A DNA stretch of 64,000 nt, taken from Auanema rhodensis (taxonomy: Eukaryota; Animalia; Nematoda). The position numbers and the translations under genes are program-made. The stretch's first letter is position 1, and the number at the start of each line of letters is the position of its first letter. This document shows, one piece after another, positions 1 through 12,000 of this stretch. The notes under the pieces were generated by a model. The model did not search any database and was not told where the DNA came from. It saw only the letters and a program-made list of their open reading frames with translations. The DNA lies in the NCBI GenBank assembly GCA_964057225.1, contig OZ059900.1:20460001-20524000 (forward strand). The letters run 5' to 3'.

Positions 1-499
1 CAGTATGTAACACGCTGAAATTCGTTGCATTTGACGACGCATATGAACAAAAATCGATTTAATCAATATTAGCCATAAGGGGCGTGCCCTCAGAATATGC
101 TAATTTCCTTAATTTTCTAACCCCTGTTTTTTTGTCGTGAAAGTGGAACTAGACGTTGTACGAACAATTTTGAGCTAGGTTTCATTGACATTGCATGAGT
201 TTGAACACATGAAATCGTAAGTCAAAACCTTGTTTACAGCGAAATTTCCAAAAACTGGTTTTCCAGCATAATAAAATATTTCTCATGGGAAACACTGTGT
301 TTTTGTATTTTTCTAGTGTTCAGCATGTAAAATGCTTCATTTTAGTATGTAACACGCTGAAATTCGTTGCATTTGATGACTCATATGAACAAAAATCGAT
401 TTAATCAATATTAGCCATAAGGGGCGTGCCCTCAGAATATGCTAATTCCCTTAATTTTCTAACCCCTGTTTTTTTGTCGTGAAAGTGGAACTAGACGTT

Positions 500-3400
500 G
501 TACGAACAATTTTGAGCTAGGTTTCATTGACATTGCATGAATTTGAACACATGAAATCGTAAGTCAAAACCTTGTTTACAGCGAAATTTCCAAAAACTGG
601 TTTTCCAGCATAATAAAATATTTCTCATGGGAAATACTGTGTTTTTGTATTTTTCTAGTGTTCAGCATGTAATATGCTTCATTTTAGTATGTAACACGCT
701 GAAATTCGTTGCATTTGACGACTCATATGAACAAAAATCGATTTAATCAATATTAGCCATAAGGGGCGTGCCCTCAGAATATGCTAATTTCCTTAATTTT
801 CTAACCCCTGTTTTTTTGTCGTGAAAGTGGAACTAGACGTTGTACGAACAAACATGAGCTAGGTTTCATTGACATTGCATGAGTTTGAACACAAGAAATC
901 GTAAGTCAAAACCTTGTTTACAGCGAAATTTTCAAAAACTGGTTTTCCAGCATAATAAAATATTTCTCATGGGAAATACTGTGTTTTTGTATTTTTCTAG
1001 TGTTCAGCATGTAAAATGCTTCATTTTAGTATGTAACACGCTGAAATTCGTTGCATTTGACGACTCATATGAACAAAAATCGATTTAATCAATATTAGCC
1101 ATAAGGGGCGTGCCCTCAGAATATGCTAATTTCCTTAATTTTCTAACCCCTGTTTTTTTGACGTGAAAGTGGAACTAGACGTTGTACGAACAAACTTGAG
1201 CTAGGTTTCATTGACATTGCATGAGTTTGAACACAAGAAATCGTAAGTCAAAACCTTGTTTACAGCGAAATTTCCAAAAACTGGTTTTCCAGCATAATAA
1301 AATATTTCTCGTGGGAAATACTGTGTTTTTGTATTTTTCTAGTGTTCAGCATGTAAAATGCTTCATTTTAGTATGTAACACGCTGAAATTCGTTGCATTT
1401 GACGACTCATATGAACAAAAATCGATTTAATCAATATTAGCCATAAGGGGCGTGCCCTCAGAATATGCTAATTTCCTTAATTTTCTAACCCCTGTTTTTT
1501 TGTCGTGAAAGTGGAACTAGACGTTCTACGAACAATTTTGAGCTAGGTTTCATTGACATTGCATGAGTTTGAACACATGAAATCGTAAGTCAAAACCTTG
1601 TTTACAGCGAAATTTCCAAAAACTGGTTTTCCAGCATAATAAAATATTTCTCATGGGAAATACTGTGTTTTTGTATTTTTCTAGTGTTCAGCATGTAAAA
1701 TGCTTCATTTTAGTATGTAACACGCTGAAATTCGTTGCATTTGACGACTCATATGAACAAAAATCGATTTAATCAATATTAGCCATAAGGGGCGTGCCCT
1801 CAGAATATGCTAATTTCCTTAATTTTCTAACCCCTCTTTTTTTGTCGTGAAAGTGGAACTAGACGTTGTACGAACAATTTTGAGCTAGGTTTCATTGACA
1901 TTGCATGAGTTTGAACACATGAAATCGTAAGTCAAAACCTTGTTTACAGCGAAATTTCCAAAAACTGGTTTTCCAGCATAATAAAATATTTCTCATGGGA
2001 AATACTGTGTTTTTGTATTTTTCTAGTGTTCAGCATGTAAAATGCTTCATTTTAGTATGTAACACGCTAAAATTCGTTGCATTTGACGACTCATATGAAC
2101 AAAAATCGATTTAATCAATATTAGCCATAAGGGGCGTGCCCTCAGAATATGCTAATTTCCTTAATTTTCTAACCCCTGTTTTTTTGTCGTGAAAGTGGAA
2201 CTAGACGTTGTACGAACAATTTTGAGCTAGGTTTCATTGACATTGCATGAATTTGAACACATGAAATCGTAAGTCAAAACCTTGTTTACAGCGAAATTTC
2301 CAAAAACTGGTTTTCCAGCATAATAAAATATTTCTCATGGGAAATACTGTGTTTTTGTATTTTTCTAGTGTTCAGCATGTAATATGCTTCATTTTAGTAT
2401 GTAACACGCTGAAATTCGTTGCATTTGACGACTCATATGAACAAAAATCGATTTAATCAATATTAGCCATAAGGGGCGTGCCCTCAGAATATGCTAATTT
2501 CCTTAATTTTCTAACCCCTGTTTTTTTGTCGTGAAAGTGGAACTAGACGTTGTACAAACAAATTTGAGCTAGGTTTCATTGACATTGCATGAGTTTGAAC
2601 ACAAGAAATCGTAAGTCAAAACCTTGTTTACAGCGAAATTTCCAAAAACTGGTTTTCCAGCATAATAAAATATTTCTCATGGGAAATACTGTGTTTTTGT
2701 ATTTTTCTAGTGTTCAGCATGTAAAATGCTTCATTTTAGTATGTAACACGCTGAAATTCGTTGCATTTGACGACTCATATGAACAAAAATCGATTTAATC
2801 AATATTAGCCATAAGGGGCGTGCCCTCAGAATATGCTAATTTCCTTAATTTTCTAACCCCTGTTTTTTTGTCGTGAAAGTGGAACTAGACGTTGTACGAA
2901 CAAACTTGAGCTAGGTTTCATTGACATTGCATGAATTTGAACACAAGAAATCGTAAGTCAAAACCTTGTTTACAGCGAAATTTCCAAAAACTGGTTTTCC
3001 AACATAATAAAATATTTCTCATGGGAAATACTGTGTTTTTGTATTTTTCTAGTGTTCAGCATGTAAAATGCTTCATTTTAGTATGTAACACGCTGAAATT
3101 CGTTGCATTTGACGACTCATATGAACAAAAATCGATTTAATCAATATTAGCCATAAGGGGCGTGCCCTCAGAATATGCTAATTTCCTTAATTTTCTAACC
3201 CCTGTTTTTTTGTCGTGAAAGTGGAACTAGACGTTGTACGAACAATTTTGAGCTAGGTTTCATTGACATTGCATGAGTTTGAACACATGAAATCGTAAGT
3301 CAAAACCTTGTTTACAGCGAAATTTTCAAAAACTGGTTTTCCAGCATAATAAAATATTTCTCATGGGAAATACTGTGTTTTTGTATTTTTCTAGTGTTCA

Positions 3401-6400
3401 GCATGTAAAATGCTTCATTTTAGTATGTAACACGCTGAAATTCGTTGCATTTGACGACTCATATGAACAAAAATCGATTTAATCAATATTAGCCATAAGG
3501 GGCGTGCCCTCAGAATATGCTAATTTCCTTAATTTTCTAACCCCTGTTTTTTTGTCGTGAAAGTGGAACTAGACGTTGTACGAACAAATTTGAGCTAGGT
3601 TTCATTGACATTGCATGAGTTTGAACACAAGAAATCGTAAGTCAAAACCTTGTTTACAGCGAAATTTTCAAAAACTGGTTTTCCAGCATAATAAAATATT
3701 TCTCATGGGAAATACTGTGTTTTTGTATTTTTCTAGTGTTCAGCATGTAAAATGCTTCATTTTAGTATGTAACACGCTGAAATTCGTTGCATTTGACGAC
3801 TCATATGAACAAAAATCGATTTAATCAATATTAGCCATAAGGGGCGTGCCCTCAGAATATGCTAATTTCCTTAATTTTCTAACCCCTGTTTTTTTGTCGT
3901 GAAAGTGGAACTAGACGTTGTACGAACAATTTTGAGCTAGGTTTCATTGACATTGCATGAGTTTGAACACATGAAATCGTAAGTCAAAACCTTGTTTACA
4001 GCGAAATTTCCAAAAACTGGTTTTCCAGCATAATAAAATATTTCTCATGGGAAGTACTGTGTTTTTGTATTTTTCTAGTGTTCAGCATGTAAAATGCTTC
4101 ATTTTAGTATGTAACACGCTGAAATTCGTTGCATTTGACGACTCATATGAACAAAAATCGATTTAATCAATATTAGCCATAAGGGGCGTGCCCTCAGAAT
4201 ATGCTAATTTCCTTAATTTTCTAACCCCTGTTTTTTTGTCGTGAAAGTGGAACTAGACGTTGTACGAACAATTTTGAGCTAGGTTTCATTGACATTGCAT
4301 GAGTTTGAACACATGAAATCGTAAGTCAAAACCTTGTTTACAGCGAAATTTCCAAAAACTGGTTTTCCAGCATAATAAAATATTTCTCATGGGAAATACT
4401 GTGTTTTTGTATTTTTCTGGTGTTCAGCATGTAAAATGCTTCATTTTAGTATGTAACACGCTGAAATTCGTTGCATTTGACGACTAATATGAACAAAAAT
4501 CGATTTAATCAATATTAGCCATAAGGGGCGTGCCCTCAGAATATGCTAATTTCCTTAATTTTCTAACCCCTGTTTTTTTGTCGTGAAAGTGGAACTAGAC
4601 GTTGTACGAACAAACTTGAGCTAGGTTTCATTGACATTGCATGAGTTTGAACACAAGAAATCGTAAGTCAAAACCTTGTTTACAGCGAAATTTTCAAAAA
4701 CTGGTTTTCCAGCATAATAAAATATTTCTCATGGGAAATACTGTGTTTTTGTATTTTTCTAGTGTTCAGCATGTAAAATGCTTCATTTTAGTATGTAACA
4801 CGCTGAAATTCGTTGCATTTGACGACTCATATGAACAAAAATCGATTTAATCAATATTAGCCATAAGGGGCGTGCCCTCAGAATATGCTAATTTCCTTAA
4901 TTTTCTAACCCCTGTTTTTTTGTCGTGAAAGTGGAACTAGACGTTGTACGAACAATTTTGAGCTAGGTTTCATTGACATTGCATGAGTTTGAACACATGA
5001 AATCGTAAGTCAAAACCTTGTTTACAGCGAAATTTCCAAAAACTGGTTTTCCAGCATAATAAAATATTTCTCATGGGAAATACTGTGTTTTTGTATTTTT
5101 CTAGTGTTCAGCATGTAAAATGCTTCATTTTAGTATGTAACACGCTGAAATTCGTTGCATTTGACGACTCATATGAACAAAAATCGATTTAATCAATATT
5201 AGCCATAAGGGGCGTGCCCTCAGAATATGCTAATTTCCTTAATTTTCTAACCCCTGTTTTTTTGTCGTGAAAGTGGAACTAGACGTTGTACGAACAATTT
5301 TTAGCTAGGTTTCATTGACTTTGCATGAGTTTGAACACATGAAATCGTAAGTCAAAACCTTGTTTACAGCGAAATTTCCAAAAACTGGTTTTCCAGCATA
5401 ATAAAATATTTCTCATGGGAAATACTGTGTTTTTGTATTTTTCTAGTGTTCAGCATGTAAAATGCTTCATTTTAGTATGTAACACGCTGAAATTCGTTGC
5501 ATTTGACGACTCATATGAACAAAAATCGATTTAATCAATATTAGCCATAAGGGGCGTGCCCTCAGAATATGCTAATTTCCTTAATTTTCTAACCCCTGTT
5601 TTTTTGTCGTGAAAGTGGAACTAGACGTTGTACGAACAATTTTGAGCTAGGTTTCATTGACATTGCATGAGTTTGAACACATGAAATCGTAAGTCAAAAC
5701 CTTGTTTACAGCGAAATTTCCAAAAACTGGTTTTCCAGCATAATAAAATATTTCTCATGGGAAGTACTGTGTTTTTGTATTTTTCTAGTGTTCAGCATGT
5801 AAAATGCTTCATTTTAGTATGTAACACGCTGAAATTCGTTGCATTTGACGACTCATATGAACAAAAATCGATTTAATCAATATTAGCCATAAGGGGCGTG
5901 CCCTCAGAATATGCTAATTTCCTTAATTTTCTAACCGCTGTTTTTTTGTCGTGAAAGTGGAACTAGACGTTGTACGAACAATTTTGAGCTAGGTTTCATT
6001 GACATTGCATGAGTTTGAACACATGAAATCGTAAGTCAAAACCTTGTTTACAGCGAAATTTCCAAAAACTGGTTTTCCAGCATAATAAAATATTTCTCAT
6101 GGGAAATACTGTGTTTTTGTATTTTTCTGGTGTTCAGCATGTAAAATGCTTCATTTTAGTATGTAACACGCTGAAATTCGTTGCATTTGACGACTAATAT
6201 GAACAAAAATCGATTTAATCAATATTAGCCATAAGGGGCGTGCCCTCAGAATATGCTAATTTCCTTAATTTTCTAACCCTGTTTTTTTGTCGTGAAAGTG
6301 GAACTAGACGTTGTACGAACAAACTTGAGCTAGGTTTCATTGACATTGCATGAGTTTGAACACAAGAAATCGTAAGTCAAAACCTTGTTTACAGCGAAAT

Positions 6401-9000
6401 TTTCAAAAACTGGTTTTCCAGCATAATAAAATATTTCTCATGGGAAATACTGTGTTTTTGTATTTTTCTAGTGTTCAGCATGTAAAATGCTTCATTTTAG
6501 TATGTAACACGCTGAAATTCGTTGCATTTGACGACTCATATGAACAAAAATCGATTTAATCAATATTAGCCATAAGGGGCGTGCCCTCAGAATATGCTAA
6601 TTTCCTTAATTTTCTAACCCCTGTTTTTTTGTCGTGAAAGTGGAACTAGACGTTGTACGAACAATTTTGAGCTAGGTTTCATTGACTTTGCATGAGTTTG
6701 AACACATGAAATCGTAAGTCAAAACCTTGTTTACAGCGAAATTTCCAAAAACTGGTTTTCCAGCATAATAAAATATTTCTCATGGGAAATACTGTGTTTT
6801 TGTATTTTTCTAGTGTTCAGCATGTAAAATGCTTCATTTTAGTATGTAACACGCTGAAATTCGTTGCATTTGACGACTCATATGAACAAAAATCGATTTA
6901 ATCAATATTAGCCATAAGGGGCGTGCCCTCAGAATATGCTAATTTCCTTAATTTTCTAACCCCTGTTTTTTTGTCGTGAAAGTGGAACTAGACGTTGTAC
7001 GAACAATTTTGAGCTAGGTTTCATTGACATTGCATGAGTTTGAACACATGAAATAGTAAGTCAAAACCTTGTTTACAGCGAAATTTCCAAAAACTGGTTT
7101 TCCAGCATAATAAAATATTTCTCGTGGGAAATACTGTGTTTTTGAATTTTTCTAGTGTTCAGCATGTAAAATGCTTCATTTTAGTATGTAACACGCTGAA
7201 ATTCGTTGCATTTGACGACTCATATGAACAAAAACCGATTTAATCAATATTAGCAATAAGGGGCGTGCCCTCAGAATATGCTAATTTCCTTAATTTTCTA
7301 ACCCCTGTTTTTTTGTCGTGAAAGTGGAACTAGACGTTGTACGAACAATTTTGAGCTAGGCTTCATTGACATTGCATGAGTTTGAACACATGAAATCGTA
7401 AGTCAAAACCTTGTTTACAGCGAAATTTCCAAAAACTGGTTTTCCAGCATAATAAAATATTTCTCGTGGGAAATACTGTGTTTTTGTATTTTTCTAGTGT
7501 TCAGCATGTAAAATGCTTCAATTTAGTATGTAACACGCTGAAATTCGTTGCATTTGACGACTCATATGAACAAAAATCGATTTAATCAATATTAGCCATA
7601 AGGGGCGTGCCCTCAGAATATGCTAATTTCCTTAATTTTCTAACCCCTGTTTTTTTGTCGTGAAAGTGGAACTAGACGTTGTACGAACAATTTTGAGCTA
7701 GGTTTCATTGACATTGCATGAGTTTGAACATATGAAATCGTAAGTCAAAACCTTGTTTACAGCGAAATTTCCAAAAACTGGTTTTCCAGCATAATAAAAT
7801 ATTTCTCATGGGAAATACTGTGTTTTTGTATTTTTCTAGTGTTCAGCATGTAAAATGCTTCATTTTAGTATGTAACACGCTGAAATTCATTGCATTTGAC
7901 GACTCATATGAACAAAAATCGATTTAATCAATATTAGCCATAAGGGGCGTGCCCTCAGAATATGCTAATTTCCTTAATTTTCTAACCCCTGTTTTTTTGT
8001 CGTGAAAGTGGAACTAGACGTTGTACGAACAATTTTGAGCTAGGTTTCATTGACATTGCATGAGTTTGAACACATGAAATCGTAAGTCAAAACCTTGTTT
8101 ACAGCGAAATTTTCAAAAACTGGTTTTCCAGCATAATAAAATATTTCTCATGGGAAATACTGTGTTTTCGTATTTTTCTGGTGTTCAGCATGTAAAATGC
8201 TTCATTTTAGTATGTAACACGCTGAAATTCGTTGCATTTGACGACTCATATGAACAAAAATCGATTTAATCAATATTAGCCATAAGGGGCGTGCCCTCAG
8301 AATATGCTAATTTCCTTAATTTTCTAACCCCTGTTTTTTTGTCGTGAAAGTGGAACTAGACGTTGTACGAACAATTTTGAGCTAGGTTTCATTGACTTTG
8401 CATGAGTTTGAACACATGAAATCGTAAGTCAAAACCTTGTTTACAGCGAAATTTCCAAAAACTGGTTTTCCAGCATAATAAAATATTTCTCATGGGAAAT
8501 ACTGTGTTTTTGTATTTTTCTAGTGTTCAGCATGTAAAATGCTTCATTTTAGTATGTAACACGCTGAAATTCGTTGCATTTGACGACTCATATGAACAAA
8601 AATCGATTTAATCAATATTAGCCATAAGGGGCGTGCCCTCAGAATATGCTAATTTCCTTAATTTTCTAACCCCTGTTTTTTTGTCGTGAAAGTGGAACTA
8701 GACGTTGTACGAACAATTTTGAGCTAGGTTTCATTGACATTGCATGAGTTTGAACACATGAAATAGTAAGTCAAAACCTTGTTTACAGCGAAATTTCCAA
8801 AAACTGGTTTTCCAGCATAATAAAATATTTCTCATGGGAAATACTGTGTTTTTGTATTTTTCTAGTGTTCAGCATGTAAAATGCTTCAATTTAGTATGTA
8901 ACACGCTGAAATTCGTTGCATTTGACGACTCATATGAACAAAAATCGATTTAATCAATATTAGCCATAAGGGGCGTGCCCTCAGAATATGCTAATTTCCT
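500..9000 (+). repeat. Degenerate 5-monomer (1710-bp) higher-order periodicity
   Basis: Variant pairs are offset by 1710: 541/2251, 673/2383, ORFs 879/2589 and 1221/2931, 4054/5764, 4419/6129, 4486/6196, 6687/8397 and 7055/8765. Boundaries are approximate. Confidence 0.75.
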
Positions 9001-12000
9001 TAATTTTCTAACCCCTGTTTTTTTGTCGTGAAAGTGGAACTAGACGTTGTACGAACAATTTTGAGCTAGGCTTCATTGACATTGCATGAGTTTGAACACA
9101 TGAAATCGTAAGTCAAAACCTTGTTTACAGCGAAATTTCCAAAAACTGGTTTTCCAGCATAATAAAATATTTCTCATGGGAAATACTGTGTTTTTGTATT
9201 TTTCTAGTGTTCAGCATGTAAAATGCTTCAATTTAGTATGTAACACGCTGAAATTCGTTGCATTTGACGACTCATATGAACAAAAATCGATTTAATCAAT
9301 ATTAGCCATAAGGGGCGTGCCCTCAGAATATGCTAATTTCCTTAATTTTCTAACCCCTGTTTTTTTGTCGTGAAAGTGGAACTAGACGTTGTACGAACAA
9401 TTTTGAGCTAGGTTTCATTGACTTTGCATGAGTTTGAACACATGAAATCGTAAGTCAAAACCTTGTTTACAGCGAAATTTCCAAAAACTGGTTTTCCAGC
9501 ATAATAAAATATTTCTCATGGGAAATACTGTGTTTTTGTATTTTTCTAGTGTTCAGCATGTAAAATGCTTCAATTTAGTATGTAACACGCTGAAATTCGT
9601 TGCATTTGACGACTCATATGAACAAAAATCGATTTAATCAATATTAGCCATAAGGGGCGTGCCCTCAGAATATGCTAATTTCCTTAATTTTCTAACCCCT
9701 GTTTTTTTGTCGTGAAAGTGGAACTAGACGTTGTACGAACAATTTTGAGCTAGGTTTCATTGACATTGCATGAGTTTGAACACATGAAATCGTAAGTCAA
9801 AACCTTGTTTACAGCGAAATTTCCAAAAACTGGTTTTCCAGCATAATAAAATATTTCTCATGGGAAATACTGTGTTTTTGTATTTTTCTAGTGTTCAGCA
9901 TGTAAAATGCTTCATTTTAGTATGTAACACGCTGAAATTCGTTGCATTTGACGACTCATATGAACAAAAACCGATTTAATCAATATTAGCAATAAGGGGC
10001 GTGCCCTCAGAATATGCTAATTTCCTTAATTTTCTAACCCCTGTTTTTTTGTCGTGAAAGTGGAACTAGACGTTGTACGAACAATTTTGAGCTAGGCTTC
10101 ATTGACATTGCATGAGTTTGAACACATGAAATCGTAAGTCAAAACCTTGTTTACAGCGAAATTTCCAAAAACTGGTTTTCCAGCATAATAAAATATTTCT
10201 CGTGGGAAATACTGTGTTTTTGTATTTTTCTAGTGTTCAGCATGTAAAATGCTTCAATTTAGTATGTAACACGCTGAAATTCGTTGCATTTGACGACTCA
10301 TATGAACAAAAATCGATTTAATCAATATTAGCCATAAGGGGCGTGCCCTCAGAATATGCTAATTTCCTTAATTTTCTAACCCCTGTTTTTTTGTCGTGGA
10401 AGTGGAACTAGACGTTGTACGAACAATTTTGAGCTAGGTTTCATTGACATTGCATGAGTTTGAACATATGAAATCGTAAGTCAAAACCTTGTTTACAGCG
10501 AAATTTCCAAAAACTGGTTTTCCAGCATAATAAAATATTTCTCATGGGAAATACTGTGTTTTTGTATTTTTCTAGTGTTCAGCATGTAAAATGCTTCATT
10601 TTAGTATGTAACACGCTGAAATTCATTGCATTTGACGACTCATATGAACAAAAATCGATTTAATCAATATTAGCCATAAGGGGCGTGCCCTCAGAATATG
10701 CTAATTTCCTTAATTTTCTAACCCCTGTTTTTTTGTCGTGAAAGTGGAACTAGACGTTGTACGAACAATTTTGAGCTAGGTTTCATTGACATTGCATGAG
10801 TTTGAACACATGAAATCGTAAGTCAAAACCTTGTTTACAGCGAAATTTTCAAAAACTGGTTTTCCAGCATAATAAAATATTTCTCATGGGAAATACTGTG
10901 TTTTCGTATTTTTCTGGTGTTCAGCATGTAAAATGCTTCATTTTAGTATGTAACACGCTGAAATTCGTTGCATTTGACGACTCATATGAACAAAAATCGA
11001 TTTAATCAATATTAGCCATAAGGGGCGTGCCCTCAGAATATGCTAATTTCCTTAATTTTCTAACCCCTGTTTTTTGTCGTGAAAGTGGAACTAGACGTTG
11101 TACGAACAATTTTGAGCTAGGTTTCATTGACATTGCATGAGTTTGAACACATGAAATCTTAAGTCAAAACCTTGTTTACAGCGAAATTTCCAAAAACTGG
11201 TTTTCCAGCATAATAAAATATTTCTCATGGGAAATACTGTGTTTTTGTATTTTTCTAGTGTTCAGCATGTAAAATGCTTCATTTTAGTATGTAACACGCT
11301 GAAATTCGTTGCATTTGACGACTCATATGAACAAAAATCGATTTAATCAATATTAGCCATAAGGGGCGTGCCCTCAGAATATGCTAATTTCCTTAATTTT
11401 CTAACCCCTGTTTTTTGTCGTGAAAGTGGAACTAGACGTTGTACGAACAATTTTGAGCTAGGTTTCATTGACATTGCATGAGTTTGAACACATGAAATCT
11501 TAAGTCAAAACCTTGTTTACAGCGAAATTTCCAAAAACTGGTTTTCCAGCATAATAAAATATTTCTCATGGGAAATACTGTGTTTTTGTATTTTTCTAGT
11601 GTTCAGCATGTAAAATGCTTCATTTTAGTATGTAACACGCTGAAATTCGTTGCATTTGACGACTCATATGAACAAAAATCGATTTAATCAATATTAGCCA
11701 TAAGGGGCGTGCCCTCAGAATATGCTAATTTCCTTAATTTTCTAACCCCTGTTTTTTTGTCGTGAAAGTGGAACTGGACGTTGTACGAACAATTTTGAGC
11801 TAGGTTTCATTGACATTGCATGAGTTTGAACACATGAAATCGTAAGTCAAAACCTTGTTTACAGCGAAATTTCCAAAAACTGGTTTTCCAGCATAATAAA
11901 ATATTTCTCATGGGAAATACTGTGTTTTTGTATTTTTCTGGTGTTCAGCATGTAAAATGCTTCATTTTAGTATGTAACACGCTGAAATTCGTTGCATTTG

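Noticed and set aside
20-36. CENP-B-box-like motif attcgttgcatttgacg
   Set aside because: It matches TTCG and the central A of NTTCGNNNNANNCGGGN but has TGAC instead of CGGG (6 of 9 essential positions), so it is not supportable as a functional box.
87-105. Apparently invariant segment (cctcagaatatgctaatt) as a constrained protein-binding box
   Set aside because: Overall variation is too low and too non-independent for an invariant ~18-bp stretch to be significant by eye. It would need a per-site variability test on many more monomers.
115-126. Telomere-like ctaacccct / aggggttag motif
   Set aside because: It is a single degenerate copy per monomer with no tandem telomeric repeats, compatible with chance.
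185-215. Bacterial -35-like TTGACA hexamer in each monomer
   Set aside because: There is no properly spaced -10 element and the context is a eukaryote-type satellite, so this is a chance match.
1-342. Tandem 5S rRNA, tRNA, snRNA or spliced-leader gene unit
   Set aside because: The unit size and T7 tract are suggestive of a Pol III array, but I recognise no 5S, tRNA, U-snRNA or SL sequence or A/B/C boxes on either strand. An Rfam/Infernal scan would be decisive.
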